A stretch of 62,503 nt of DNA, filler included, from Catajapyx aquilonaris (lineage: Eukaryota): the NCBI GenBank assembly GCA_000934665.2. It is 2 parts of 2 records of this genome, joined end to end, with 100 filler letters (N's around TTAATTAATTAA, not from the genome) between each part and the next. Parts side by side here need not be neighbours in the genome. Positions count along the whole stretch, not along the records: positions 31,253 to 62,503 come from JYFJ02004583.1; 1 more part is not named here. One strand, given 5' to 3'. Each line of letters opens with the position of its first letter. Position 1 is the first letter of the stretch. The notes beneath the pieces are model-generated. The model did no database searches and was not told where the DNA came from. It was given only the letters and a program-made list of their open reading frames with translations. Made by a program: the position numbers and the translations under genes. This document shows, one piece after another, positions 33,535 through 48,554 of the stretch.

Positions 33535-36500
33535 GAAGCACTGTACATGTACCTGGCTCATGGCTTATCACGGACAAGTAACGGACAAATAGACAGAGTC
33601 AGTTATTTTAGCACTTATAACCTCTTATTTATGCCCATTGATGTACAGTATTGTGGACATGTTTTTGTTCCTCTTTTATGCCTGCTAGGTGTGTGAATAG
33701 TGTGAAAGGAGGTGTTTAACTAATTAATTACGTAAACACTAATTATTCCACCCAACATGCCGAGAGTTGGACCAAACTAGTTTGCCCAGAAAACAATGCT
33801 ATTCAGGCAACCAGAACAAGCGTGCAAGTGCCATGGTTCATTGTTGCCCGGGCTTCCTCGGACAAACGGAAAACGCTTTGTTTCCTCGCCCACTCCTAGA
33901 ATCGTCCACAAAAAGAGCTCGTATAAAGTATGGACTAATGAATTACAGCAGCTCAGCCAACGATAAAGGAACCAGAAGCAGCCCGCAAATTATTGGTTCC
34001 AGGGACTATACCAAGCCTTCAGATAGTTAAGCTTGAGAATTTCACCGGCCCTGAACTTGGCTTCAGGTCTAATTGATGCCTAGGACTCCGCAGGTCTGCG
34101 GTTGGAGATAAGCGTCTTGACTGCGTCTGTCACGACCAAAAACCTCTATCTGATGGGCGTGAAATTGGAATATCTAAGGGGCTGCAATCATGCTGAGGTG
34201 TACCTGGTAATTTAATATTGGTTTGTTGATTTGGAATCGGGTTGGCTACTGGAGATGCCAAAAATATTCGATCATTTTAAGTTTTATTTTAGAAGCCTCC
34301 TGAGGCTTTTCGTGCTGCCGAAACAGTAGGAGGTAGCGTTGACAACTAAGGTCCATCATAATAATTTGCGGCTTCCTCTGGAGGGGTGATGAAACCCGCC
34401 TGAATCGAAATAAACCTATCAGACGAGATTAGTGGCTCATTACAATTGCAAAGTTCTCCGATCAGGTATTAATCACGCACGGCCATATGCTAATGTGGCA
34501 ATGGATCATTCACACCAGGTGGCCCACCCAACCTGCTGACCATACCGATAACTCAAGACCTTGGAGGAAGAATCAAGGAAGATTGAGAAAGGAATGAAAG
34601 GCGGCTCGGAAATTTTTATTTGCCAAATTTTTTGTTAGTGGAATTTCCTTGACAAAATTTTATTTGCAATCAATTTATTTTAATGCAATTTGCCAGAATT
34701 TTATTGGGTAGTACAGTATTATATTTGCAATAATTTCATCTGTCACAAAATGTTTGATAACATTTTAAAAATAGCCATAGCTGTATTTTTCTGATATTAA
34801 AGTCATAATTTGTTAAATACATTCGGCCAGATTTCAATTTGCATAATTTGCTCAATTTTTAAATTTAAAAATTAGGCCATTTTTAGGAGAATGACAATTT
34901 AGGGCCTATTGTAACAATGAGAATGAAAAACTAACAATTACAGAGTGTTTCCTGATTAAATATTCGGACTTCATTTTAATTTATCAGAATATGATTTGCT
35001 AACATTTTAATCTAATATTCAGAATATTACTATCCAAAAATTAATTTTAAAATATTGTAAGCTACATCCTGTTGTTGTTTTCCTTTGATGCCTGGCTGAT
35101 ATTAAACCTTTGATATTTCATTCACCTTCCTTGCGAGCTGCAGCAAACCAACAATGATTTCAGTCTTCCATTCAGACACAGAGTAAACAACCCCCTCTAG
35201 CTTAATTTGCATCTGATTAGTGGCTGGGGCCTTGCACATCCCCCGCCTCCTTGGCAAAGTCTGAAGATGATCAGACTTGGCTAATACTTCGTCAATGATT
35301 GGCGAACCTGTTTCAGGCAGGGTCTGGAGAAGAAGAGATGGGAACCAGGATTAGCATACAAATCGATATTAAAGTCTTCCATTTGGGGACCACCATGCAA
35401 CGGGGGAATTCGCACAGACCAAAAGCGATTTAGACTCTAGATTTCAAACCAATCCGGTTGGACATCTAGAACTACTCTGGCGTCTAACCAAATGAGACGT
35501 GCAAAGGACGGATTCAGTATATGCACTAATTATGACTGGAAGCAGTTCTGACACTGCAATTAGCGTTGCAACAATTATTCTGTGGAACACATTTTTGCGC
35601 TAAAAATATTATAAGAACATGATATTTCTTTCACTGATTTTGTCATTGTGTTAAATCTTACATCTGAAGGAAAAAAGGGGGTTAGGGAGCGGCCCAGAGT
35701 CGTGATTGTCCTCATGGCCAGTTTTAGCCCCACCCTATACCCCTTATGTCGAAACCCAGCACGACACTTCTCCTCGGCAATGCCCACACTCGTACGATAT
35801 GAAGAGCTTGGAGACATTCTACACACATCCATAACCCAAGGGTTTGGCATATCTGACCATCCAAAAGTCGCGTCCCCTTTGTGCTTGTCACATAAAGAAA
35901 AAGAAGGACTAGATGATTCTATGGACTATTTTACTATTCAGTGATGTATGAATTTATCAACAGCAGGTGGTAAGCCATGTTATGTCAGGCGTGTAAGTTT
36001 CTTAGATCTTAATTTGATTTCAAGTTTATCTAAGTTTACAATCCAAGAGGCGTAACCTCTGTTGTGTTGAAAAATATTTCTCTCGAATGCAAGTAACAAA
36101 TTTAAATCTAAATTTTGAGTTAAATGGCCGATTCAGCTGATAGTGTTTGACCAAAAAAAAACAACTTTATCTGGTCCAAACTCCTGAACTACCTGAACAG
36201 CGTTGTTAAAGGGCAGTGCTTGCTCCGAGAATTTCTTTTGATGCCTGCGACTCGTGACCAGTGTGCACAAGTGCAATTAAGTCATTGTCTGGATTATGGT
36301 GGGCCTGCAATCTGAGCTTTCTAGCCGGCCACAACCAGAAGATCTCATGTGGGAGGAACGAAACACGAGGAATAAAGAGCTGGAGAACTATAAAAAAAGA
36401 GTAGAAAGAGTTACGGATCACTTGGTTCAGGGTGGTTTGAGGACTGACAAGAATTATTCTAGTCCACATGATAGTAATCAAGTCGTGTCTTTCAGGGTTG

Positions 36501-36630
36501 TAACATATGCATGACTTGGTTCAGATTACAAGCAAATTGTCTTATGGCACATGTGGTCGTGGCCGTATGTCAATCAGGTGGTAAATTACATCTGCACTAT
36601 CTCTTTGAACAACGCGAAGAAATCCTTTAA

Positions 36631-37044
36631 AGCGACACTCCACTCAAAAACCAAGTTTGGCTCGAAAAATCGGGCAAAAAATCCTGAATCCGAAGGTGCA
36701 ATCCGTTTTTCGCTACCCGGAACGGTAATCCCAGGGCGAGGGGTCAAAGTGGTGAAATTCAAATAGTGCGCTAGAAGCTGGCCGTTCGCCAGCGACGCCC
36801 CCAGGACCTTGGGAACTGGAGGGCTGCTCCCGCCTGCCCGCGCGCTGAGGCCCATCCCAGAGCGGTGCAGCCCTCCAGTTCCCCTGTTCCCCGCGTGGCG
36901 GCGCAGCTCATTAGCAGACGACACACTTTGACACCTCGCCCTGGGATTACTGTCCCGCGTAGCGAAAAACGGATTGCACATTCGGATTCAGGATTTTTTG
37001 CCCGATTTTTAGAGCCAAACTTGTTTTTTGAGTGGAGTGTCCCT
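36631..37044. mobile_element. TTAA-flanked MITE with ~120-bp TIRs (Kolobok-like termini)
   Basis: TTAA-AGCGACACTCCACTCAAAAA...TTTTTGAGTGGAGTGTCCCT-TTAA; purine-purine start rather than the CCY of piggyBac. Confidence 0.8.
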
Positions 37045-39171
37045 TTAAACACAACTTCTAACTGAATTTGCTGAACTTCCCCAAAATGCAAACATCCTGC
37101 AGAGCCATAATGAACCTTGTTTCTAGCTGGGAAAACCAACAAGTCCACATCTGACAAAGTACTAGCCATTTCCTACCACCGCATCCTAATCACTTATTCA
37201 CGCTCAAAAATTTTATTTATGACTGCCCATACCCTCACGAAGCAACACACTCCCTGGTCATCTGTCAACTCGGCAATAAATGTCACCTCTACTCAATATT
37301 AATTTAGAACCAAGAGGGCGACACCATGACCATCAAACTTTTTTCATCGACTCTATTCTATCATAGTTCGATGCCGTCCTAAAGACGCCGCCGTCAGACA
37401 CCCATAATGATGTCGGTAGAAGATTAATAGGAGAAGAGTCTCCATCAGAATGTCCCTCGAATCATGATGTGGTCTTTATCTTGTGAGAACTTTAGAGGAC
37501 TCTTCGGCGAGCAAGGTTCACTTTGGAAAGAATAGATCGCGAACTAACGCTGTGAGGAAGTGTGACATACACGGTTCAGGATCTATCGGATCTGTCGTAA
37601 ACTGGTGGCGCGTGGTAATAATTCCGGATGGGCTTGACACTGGTGAAGGGCAATAAACCTGGGTTTGAGCGACGGCCGGTCGCCAGAGGAAATTGTCACC
37701 AAATATGACTGCCTTTAATAAGTGTCAGGTTGTGTACTGTAGGATGACAAAATGTATGGACAGGCCCGCTAGTTTAAATTGAGCCCGCTAGGTGTCACTG
37801 GTAGGAAAAAAGCCGTAATTTATTTATTTATATTGCGAACCGAAAGGGTCATTAATATTTGTAAACTATAGCATTTAGCTAAAAGCTGGTTTAGTCAATG
37901 TCAAATCTGACATCTTGTACCATTCATGTTAGACTTAGGAGCATGTGTTCAGGGTTTTTTTTTTTGGGGGGGGGGGAATTACGTGTAATATTTTGACTCG
38001 AGATTCCACAGTGGCATGCTGTGCTGCAAAAGACGTCGTAATACGATCTGGCGATGAAGTCATATTTTTAAAAATATTCTGACTGCCTCCCTTTCTGGAA
38101 CGAGCTAAAAAATTTCTGTAGTTGAAATGACACCCTAATTTTCCTCTCAAACCACTTTTTAAGGAATGCTAAGGGGGGAAATATTAAGGTTGGGCTCGTT
38201 TCCAAGAAAAACTGCCTCTTTCCCCTTACTTTTTTTAAAAAATTCGAGTGGCAGAAAGTGTGGGGAGTCTGATGGCTGTAACGGGCTCTAATGAAGACAA
38301 GATGGTTTTTTGGAAATGCCTATGAATTACTGTCTCTGATAGCAATAAATTAATTCCAGAACTATTTTAAAGATTGATCCAAACCCTCTGCTCATTTCAT
38401 CAAGATGAGAAAAACTTAGAAGGCTCATTAACCCAACCCATCTAAGGTGATCGATCACATTAGGCTGGAAGAAACCCGTTGTCTCCTCCAAAGCGTAAAC
38501 TAGTGATCGTTAGTGATTATCTAAGGAATTATCATACTTGGTATAAGAAAAGGCTCGACCTCAGGTTACATACGACAAAGATTTATTACATTTTCTGAAA
38601 GCTCAATTTTCAAGCATGATTTGCTTATTTTCCTAAGTATGTATATCGATGGCCTTCAAAAATTTGACTTATATTGACTACGAAACTTTTCTAAAAAAAA
38701 TTATTCGCTTTTTATTCCGGTTCGTATGATCTTGGGCTTGAATCAATCCGAATATCCTCGTCTATTTGGAATCGAAAGGCGGCCTACCCTTTTGCCAGGT
38801 CCGGAGTCGGATGCAATCATGATCTCCCGATGTGACTCACTCTAGGGCATCTAGGTCGTTTGTTATGGGATCGAGTCCCCGGAGTGATGAATTGTCCTCA
38901 CCACAAAAAAAGGAAAATCTACAAAAGGCGAAAAAAGGAGGGGTGGAGGAAATGTGCATGGAGCTTTACGATAAGGATTGGAGGTGGCATTGCTGAGTAA
39001 GAAGGATGCTTTTGTCTTACGCGAATTGAACTCTGGCCCGTCAATACTGATAATCTAGGAACAGGATTCGCAATGGCTCATGTCGTCGACACAAACATTG
39101 GCGAATGGCTTGTGTAAATATCTTTACAATACCTTGTTGAATTTATTTACAGTAATGACTGTCTAATAGGA

Positions 39172-39172
<1 letters not shown>

Positions 39173-39263
<91 letters not shown>
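39173..39263. repeat. (TTA)n microsatellite, about 30 units
   Basis: Perfect TTA run. Confidence 0.98.
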
Positions 39264-39264
<1 letters not shown>

Positions 39265-40964
39265 GAGAGAGCAGTCTCAATAAGTAAGGGTGGAGACATC
39301 TAGAAAATATTATCCTGCGTGCTCTGCAACCATTAATTCATTGCGAATCAGTGGTTGTCGTAAGAGCAAGGATACATACTTACAAGGCCAATATTTTGTA
39401 CCGTGTATACGATTATATGCAGTAGTTTCATATTGCTTCAAAATTTGAATTTGTTTTTTGGTTCTCAGCTGAGAGGTATTCTGTTGCTCAAATTACCAAG
39501 TTGTTTGTTGCAGTCATGGAAGACATTTCATATGATCACTACAAACGAAACAGTTTGGCATTCACAAAAGTTTCACAACTGAAATGCTCAACAATCACCA
39601 AAATAAAAGACCATTGCTGCAATACCATCAGAAGAAAGTTATAGGCCAGGGTTAAAAACTCTGGCGAGAATTCTTGGGACGGAAAAGTGTGGATGGATTT
39701 GGCTCGTGACGCGGTATTCCCTTCGCGACATGTATTATTTTACAAAGAGGATTTCGTCTAGAAATGCCGAAAATGGAATTGGAGAATTTTTGCTGCAGTA
39801 AGAAAGGACCCGGACGCGTTTTCCGTTCGTGGAAAATATTACCTCCTTTCGGATGCCCGGAAGCAGCCAGCAAGATTGATCCTATGGGAGTTGAAGACAA
39901 AAAAAATTGGAGAGTAAAAGGGTATGACATTCTCCCAAAAATTCAAGGGGGATGTCACATTATTAGCTTTTTGTACTACAGACATTTTTTTAAACCCAAT
40001 TGTTTACATACCAATGTCGGGTTAACTTGACCCAGTTCCATGAGTCCATTCATCCGTGGTCAAGTTGAGAGTGGTAAGTTATCAGCCGATATCCTGAGAC
40101 AAACCTGGAAGATCAACAAGGGATCGATTCCTCCTTTGGGCCATTTCCTTCCAGACTTTGGCTTCTTTACGAGGTTGGCCTATGGACGGCACTTTGCACG
40201 GCCTGCTTCAAACTTCCCAAACTCCTCTAGGCCCATAAACTGGAGGCTTTTGGGACACTCTTGTGCCCATTTGGTCCTCCTCCTCCTTTTGCATCGTACT
40301 TATCTTGCCTGGGACCTCAGCACTTTGCAGGCTCTAATTGGCACGCAGACAGATTCCCGCCTGCTGCAAATTCTGGCAGGGTGAGACAAAAGGTTCGGAC
40401 AAAGAGAATCAAGGGTTCATCTCAGGTCATGGTCGTCACTTTATTTAAAACAATTGTTCATGATATTCAGGACAAAAGTCACTTTTCATGCATGTCTTTG
40501 ATCCGAAAAGTGGATCAGACTTGATTCGGATCAAAGGTTCTGCGGCCATCCTAAAAAAAGTGGCGCTCGCGAAGCCGCGAATCTAATAAAGTGTCGCGCA
40601 AGTGAATCCGACAGGTCCGTGGTCATCACCGAAGCAAAATCCTGTTCAAATAAGCGTGCAACATGTCCACTATGAGATCGTGCAACTGAAACTGACTCGC
40701 GAGACAACAAAAAAGATGTCTCGGTGAACGTTTGTGACAAGAGTCTCGAGGCATTGTTTGTCAAAACGCATATAGGACAGGAATGCAACGCGGCTACCAA
40801 CACTGATGGATTACGACCACGACCATTGTCTGACTGTCGCCACTATTTTTTTCCCATATATGTACGTGTGTGGACGTGACAAAAATTTATTTTGACGCCC
40901 ACGCCATTTGCTGTTTGATGATACGTTGTAGTCTGTAAGTTCATAGGTCGGTTTGAATGCACTC

Positions 40965-41090
40965 AGAGTGGGGTGGTGGCCGCTTGCTAAGCGAAAGGTC
41001 CCAGGTTCGATCCCCGCCTGGGAGTTCCCTTTCACGTGCGTCAGGAGGGTATTGTGAGGGCCGAAAAATGCCCGGTTGCGCCACCTCCAG
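40965..41090 (+). mobile_element. tRNA-derived SINE-like remnant
   Basis: Pol III B-box GGTTCGATCCC preceded by AAGGTCCCA; no complete cloverleaf. Confidence 0.5.
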
Positions 41091-44000
41091 GAAATATTTT
41101 CTGGTCGGAAAAGATCTAGAAAAGTTTGTTCCTCTCCGGAGAGGCGCCTTTTAACTAACTTTTTTAAAAACTCCCTTTTAAAGGCACCTATTTTTACACG
41201 GGTACAGTAACTTGCCAGAATAGACGCGGCGAGGGAATAGTTACGGCCAACTTTTGCGGCTTTGTTTACTGTAAAATAAACCACACCAGAGGTTGTTCAG
41301 AGGGGAATTCTTCCTGAGACGTCCAAACTTTTCCAATTACGGCGTTAAAGAGCCATAGGCGGAGTGTAAACAAGGGTATTAAGTGAAAGCAAGGAGGGAA
41401 AAAATGGGTATGAAACTGACACAAAACGGAATTTTTTAACGTTAAAAAGTTCCGGACGCAACTATTTTTCTGAAGAGATATTACGCAACCTTGTCACAAC
41501 CTGTTTATACATGCAGTATGAGCATGTAATAACAGGTAATTAATTTCGGCAGGGTGCAAAAGTTAGGAACTGAAACCACGCCTTTCTGTTGTATCTGCGA
41601 CCGATATAATTGTCGTCATAAAATTTTAAAGGCGTCATTGTCAAGTTAGAGGTGGCGGAACAGTTTCGTGTAGGTCCGCACATTGTTACCTGGTCCAGAT
41701 AATAAAAATATTTCATCATTATCCCCTTGCCAAATAGGCATTGAGTCAAATTATCATCAGCTATGGGCGTCCATAAGAGCGTGAGAAGAAGCCTTAAAGA
41801 ACCTGGTGGTATGCGAGATATATTAATGTCATTGTTCACGCACGTCATCACCTGTGCTCATCTCAAAAGCAATCAAGCTGGAGAATGTGCCCATCCGACA
41901 TAATGCGAAGGGTTTTAATACCATGTATGGAGCATGACGCATTAGTTACGGAATAACGAATGAGAGGTATTAAGGAGAGGTACTTTCACATTATGAGGAG
42001 ATTACACATTTTTTATTGTAGCCTATGGTGCATATATGTGTGGTGAAAATAGTGACTCGATACAATAATTTTGGTGTAAATTTGAATAGAGCAAAATTAT
42101 GTGACAGAAAAAATTTGTTCAAAAATTTTATAGCACTTTTCATACACACTGCTATCCAGCAATAAGCTTTGAATTAATCACGTACATACCACTCTATTTA
42201 GACCGGATTCGAATCAATCTCCACTGCATGGCAGGCAAGATGAAGAGCTTCGTCTAATCTTTTTTGTCACCTATTAATCAGATTAACATTCCATCATCAA
42301 AATTCAGCCTGCCATCCGTCTTAAAGCGTGCACAAAAAAATGGAAGCTTATGTATCACTCGAGTTAAATTCGGTGGGACGAATTAAAGTAAGATTAACGA
42401 TCGGCCATACCTTTTGGTAGAAGAATGAATTAGCGGACGTTGGAAGGATGTGATCCGATACAAACCTGTGATAAATGCTGTTGAGATAATCGCCTAGTTT
42501 TGTGCAGGCTACTCACGTCAAGGGCTCTAACCTCTAGGTCATCATTAACAAGTGAGCTAGTAGATACGTAGTTTTAAAGAAAGAAAAACATTAGGACTAT
42601 TAGGCGCCTTTTCGGGACAGCAAGTAGCTCATTAGGAGGTGTCTACAGGTACCACAATCAGAGCACGAAGAGTGATATCTTCAAGTCATGTCATGGGTTG
42701 TACATATGGGGGGGGCGTAATTGGATTTATTTTGCCGCCAAAGTGAGATGCGGATAGATTAGGACAACTTTATTACGTGGGAATCAGACCTGGTTGGCTT
42801 TTGATATCAAGGTATGATTTTTATGTTGGTCGTTTCGAACGGAAATAAAATGAGGAATGTAAGGAGTGTTGTGGACAAGGGAATCTAAAGGTATGGCAGG
42901 TCACATGATATTACAATAAGAAAAGGACACAATTTTATATTGAAAATTTTAAACACAAAATTAAGCACTAGGTGCAGGTAAATAAAATAGTTTTATTCAT
43001 ATTAATGAACAAATATATATTCTGAGTGCATAATGCACCTAGTGAATATTTATGCATTTAAAATAAAATGGATTGTACATAAATATTATGAATTTTGCAC
43101 ATAATGGTGATGCTGAGATATTGACTTAGCTGATATATTTTCATTGTTTTTGTTTTCAATTTTGAGAGCAAGTGTGCCGTTTTTAGATCGGATGCTCCAC
43201 AAATAGTTTGGGCAGATTTATGCATAAGTGCATTTTGGAAAAGGCGTAAAATTTTACGAGTTTGCGAAAAGCTGCACTGTTTGTTCGTCCTGATGGTAAC
43301 GCGAGCTATTGCAGTAAATTACCATCCTTCCAGGGCTAATATTTTTGCTGCGGAGGACTTCAGAAGGTCAAAAAATATAAGTTACGATGCAGTTCAAAAC
43401 CGACGCTTTTTTTTCTGCAAGCAATATTAAAATATTTTATCGCTCTTTTGAAACTGAGTTTTGCCGATGTAAGTTACTGCTTCTAACTACATACATTGGC
43501 ACACGAGTATAGAGGATTGTTGACATATTGCAGTAACATTTCTATAAATTATGATGGACCAAATCGCAATAACAACAACCTTGTGCTATTCCTCTCTCTT
43601 CAATAATAATATTCCGGGGTCAAGAACCATGTAGTTAATATTTCTGTAGATTTAAAACCTGGCTAGAAACCCAATACTAAACTGGAAACATTACAACATC
43701 CACATTATGGCTCATTAGAAAGCAAAATTAGCATGTATTTATTTTAGCCTAACAGTGCACTTAAAGTGATGGTTAGCAGTGTGTTTACCACGTAATTATT
43801 CAAGCAAAACAATGGCATGATTTTTTAAAAAGCAATGTGTGGTTTGCCGAATTAGTAATGACTTGCCAGAGGACACAGAATAATACATGGATTTCCCTTA
43901 CTAATGTTGACTGTGTATTGTGAAATATCGATATTTGCATGGGTTTTTCCTCTGGCAGATTGGTCAATTTTTTTGAAATGAAATTAGTGTACTAGAAGTT

Positions 44001-44244
44001 TAGTCGAAATGAACACTAGATGACAAACACGGTGGGCCCAGTTTTGTGCAATATTCGTCACGTCTCTAACGTACTGGAATGGCCTCATTTTCAACATGTC
44101 ACATGAGAAACATGTCACACTGCATGCAACATGCCACAGCTTGACTGCTGAAGATAACTAGGAAGTTTAGCGTTTTATTGTATGAATTAACCAACGTAAC
44201 CAATGTGTTTAGTATGCCATATATTTTGTTAAAAAATTGCATAC

Positions 44245-44320
44245 AATGAGTACATGGGGGTCGAACCCACGACCTTCTTGTTAGTATCATAACTAACACA
44301 GCCTACCTACCTACACAATT
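44245..44320 (-). mobile_element. tRNA-derived SINE-like remnant
   Basis: Minus strand AAGGTCGTGGGTTCGACCCCC, B-box/T-arm-like. Confidence 0.4.
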
Positions 44321-44606
44321 TATTACCAATTCGCATTATACCTCAACACATATCGCATAGTATTGCCAGCAACAGTGGGCTCCAATTAAAAGAAAGTGAA
44401 TTAGAACTACCCACTACTCTCCCACCAACAAAAGGCCACAACAGTAATTAATGGCAGGCGAACTAACACAATATTTTTCATCTGCTGGAGAAAACGGACC
44501 ATCAGTATAACCCAGTGGGCGGGTATTACGCCTGGTGCAACATACATCAACCCACTGCAGCACAATTAGCCAGACCAGACTTTGGTACGTGCCTCAGTAT
44601 TCAGAG

Positions 44607-44662
44607 GGTACACTCTTAACCATTTACCCTCTCTAGAGAAGGTAAATGGTTAAGAGTGTACC
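44607..44662. repeat. Near-perfect 56-bp palindrome (collapsed TA-flanked mini-element)
   Basis: GGTACACTCTTAACCATTTACC...GGTAAATGGTTAAGAGTGTACC. Confidence 0.75.
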
Positions 44663-47600
44663 AGTCTACAAGATCGAAATACTGATTATAAAAACTGAGC
44701 TTGTGTCATACTAATCAATAGAGCCAAAAATAGATTTTCTGGAACTATTTTTTATCGAAAATAGTTGAATAGTCAGCTGCATAGCCTACTAGAATAAAGG
44801 TAAATCTGATCGACATAGATAGTCTCTATGCCTGGTTTTTCCGAAATAGCAAGCGTGGGCGTCGGTTTGGAGGAGAAAGGGCAGGAAGTGAGTGGGGGGT
44901 GGAGCGGGGAGGTCACACTTCCGGTGGCGCTCCTGTAATTAAAATCCGTGTTGGACGCCAGCCACCGATGTTTTATAACCGAATCAATGTGGCCACTGAG
45001 GATCAAAGGCCAGAAGATGCTGCTTCAAACAATCTTTGATGTGTTATTTGTTGATGGATAATAAAATTAAAGTCAACACTTACGCCTACAGCAATTTAAG
45101 ACGTGAAAAAAAAGTTACGGTTTTTTTTCTATCCAACAGCATCCAATATGTCACATGCAGGGAACAGGAAAGTTGTCACTTGCAAGCCCAGCTGTTCCGA
45201 CCTGTCATAAACGAACACCAGTCTTGCGGAACCATTACGGGTTTTCCCCCGCAAAAAAAAGCTGTTACACCCAGGCCATTAGCCGCTTTATAAAAAATCA
45301 CCAGCTGTCTTGCCTAATATTTGGCTGCTATTTCAATAGCCATTCAGGCCAATTAGTTTATTAGGGAAGTTCTCCGCCTTTTGCACGTACGTTTAAAAAA
45401 ACGAGGGGGGGGGGGGGTACAAAATGGAATTTATTTAGATGAGAGAGGCACAAGCGGCTTTTCTTTGAGGCGGCCCTTTTCGTGCATGGATTGTTGAGAA
45501 GAGTGCCAATGAACTCAGGGCTCATTTTGCACGCGTGTTTTGCAGACGAAATCATAATATTTCCTGCAGACTCCCGACAATAATCTGCGGTTTATTGCTA
45601 TGTGAATGGCGTCAACTGACCTGGACTTGAACTGGACGCATATTTCCTACAGAGGACGTCCCAGCATGTTAGGATGATTCAAGACCAAGTGATAAAATAC
45701 TGACTTGGTTTGTAGTTAAGTGGTTTAGGTAGTGCACGACAAATAAGTTATTTTTAATGAATTTCGACTCACTTTTATTCATATTATTTTTAAAGAGGAA
45801 ATGAGGGATAATATTCCTAAATAGCTTCATTAGACAAGTAGCTAAAATCTAGCAGCTGTAGACTACTAAATAGCTAAATACTAAATTAGCTAAAAATTGT
45901 CACTAATGTTCAATAAAGTAACGACAAAAATTATGTAAAATTTGAATGAAATTAATTTATGAAAATCTACAGTTAATTACTATTATGCCACTGAAGAGTG
46001 TACCTAGTCCTATATAAAGAATATGATATGGGTTAAACGTCACTTCTGCTTGGCCGGGTCTTTTTCCGCTTTTCACCCGATATTCCGGGGCAGAATTGCA
46101 CTCCCTACTCTGCCCAGGGCCAGGAGAAAAGGCCTGGTGTTTTTTAAAAAGGTTATTAGAAATGACTATCGCACAGCGCCCTCCATTGGGAACCTCCCCT
46201 GGGTTAAAATTAGGTAAGTTAAACCCATATAATTGAAAAATTATCAAATTGTAATAAAAATGTTAAATAACTGCCAATTAAAAAAAAGCCAAAAAAAAAG
46301 CTAAAAGTGTTCGCTTCTTCCTATTACGGTACTTAATAAGCGCTTTTCTGTAAGTTTAATCTCAGTTAATTTCAGAGTCGATGTGACTCTAAATATTACA
46401 AAGAGGAGCACCTATAAAAGCAGTTATAAATATTTTATGTTCAAATTCATTCACAATATAATCGAGATGATAGTATCGATTTGCAACATATGCGACGGCT
46501 ATATTTTGCAGGTGGCTCTTCTTTTTGTTCCCCTCCAGGGTAGTTGCTAGTTTACAGCTTAACATTGGTATTAAATTACTAGAGAGTGTGTAATTACTTT
46601 TGGTGCCCGGATCCGCAGTGGACCGTAGCCGCACGCACCCACTATTTTTGCCACGTTTATAAATGGAAAAGAGGGCTATTTCGGCACATTTGCAAAACCC
46701 CCCTAGCTGTTATTTGCCTATTAAATGTGCTGTGGTTTTGGTAGTTCCCAAGTCCTACATTGGAAGTCGATACTCCCCAAAAAGGTTGCGATTCACCGCA
46801 TGTCTGGTCATGTAGAGGACAAAATCGACAATTCAACTCGCATGGTCTTTGCAAGAATGTCTCGGAATGTCAACAGGCCCAAAGTTAGGCCTTCCAGAAA
46901 GGTTGTAGACAAAAGAATTGTGTTAGAAAAATTCCTTCGGTTCAAAGCGTGGGTATCACAGTCATCTATCCCTCCTGCCAGTCAACTAATGAAGCGTTCT
47001 GGCATTGTTTGGAGCTTGATAAATGTCAATCCGAAAGATTTTCGACACGATCGAGCCAAGCGCCCAGAGAGAGAAATCCCGGGGAGTCCACCAGAGGGTC
47101 CTGTCACCCTGTGATGCCTACTCCATTTCACGGTTAGGCATCACCAACCGGAAAACGTTATCAGTTGGGTATCTGAATTATTTGTCTAGGATGTGTGGAT
47201 ATAATGGGGGGTATGTCACAAAAAGAATAGTTCTGGACACATATCGATACATATCGATAATGGGCGTTAACAATATTATTATTATTGTTTAATCTTATAC
47301 ATATTTCACAATGTATGTCCCCTTGTTCCTGATGCAAATCAATACGGAACCCTCGACGTATGCCCCAGGGTGATCATTAGGGGTAGTTTTTAACAGAGAA
47401 GGTTTTTAGCACATTGGACTTGACCTCCGAGATCATCCTTGGCCGCAGGAGGCGAAATGGCAGATCAATACATCGATACAACGATTCATTCAAAGTATTT
47501 CATAACCCCAGCAACGCCGGGTACCCTGCTAGTAATAAACATGCAGGAAGGTTCAATGACGTATGGGACAGAGCATCACGTCGGTCGTAAATGCTCTCAC

Positions 47601-48554
47601 GTTTTCAAATCCGCAATCACAGGTTCCACTCGGCACAAAGCATATCTCACTATGCAAAGCACTAAAAGCTATTGCGGTCCAAACACCCTAGGGAAGCTTT
47701 TGAAACCACTGGGGAAAACCGCAGAGATATAACCCTGCATTCCCGAACATCCTAGCCATTTGTGTGTCCCAACTTTAGTCAGCTAACGCCTCTAACCCAG
47801 GATATTGACCTATGAACTATCCAGCAGGAATTTCACCTGTGTTACACCTGAATTGATCCCCCCCATTTTTAGGCGTGTGGAATCTCTTTTTCATGTATTG
47901 TCTGCTTTATAAATGCCATGTCCCGCCATTTGGAAAACATGGCGATTCATCAGCTTTTGCGGCAGATAAAAGGGCCCCGGCCCGACTCGGGACTAGGATT
48001 GATTGGGAGCCGTTGAGTTAATGTCCCAGGCTTGTTCATCTGGAAAGCACGGCGGTCAGAGTCTTGCCCGGACACTATTTTTACTGCTGATCCGCTCGGA
48101 TTCACGGTTGGAGCTTGATAATGAAGTGTGTCCCAACTGTGAATTGAAATGGCGGTTAGGACGCGGTCTTATCTGCCGCTTGGAGGGAATAGTGTGCAAG
48201 GATCTGTAAACTGATTTTAAATATTTAAACATATAACTGCAAATTTATAATGTGGGAATAAATGAAACAGTGTCTTGTAATAATCTTCTGGTTAAGGCAA
48301 TACCATTTGAGGAGTGAAACCTGGATCGTGTGGCAGGTAGACATGGGCCAGCAGCACCAGTGACATTCACTGCTGACAGTTATCCTCGGTTTCGTTAGCC
48401 AGACACTATCTCTGTTATATCTCCTCGCACTGGATGTAACACCACCAGGGAATGATTGTGACATGACATAAAACATGACCACTGTGTCATGGCTAGAATG
48501 AGGGATGAGGGATATGCTGGGTGTCGTGATCATAAGGGAAATGAAAATTTTTTC

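Noticed and set aside
36296..36514. Protein-like 72-aa ORF
   Set aside because: Short, with no motif or convincing splice sites.
36551..37169. Mirror-image ORFs on both strands
   Set aside because: Produced by the MITE's inverted arms.
40965..41030. Functional tRNA gene
   Set aside because: B-box present but no acceptor stem or D-arm could be formed; treated as a SINE remnant.
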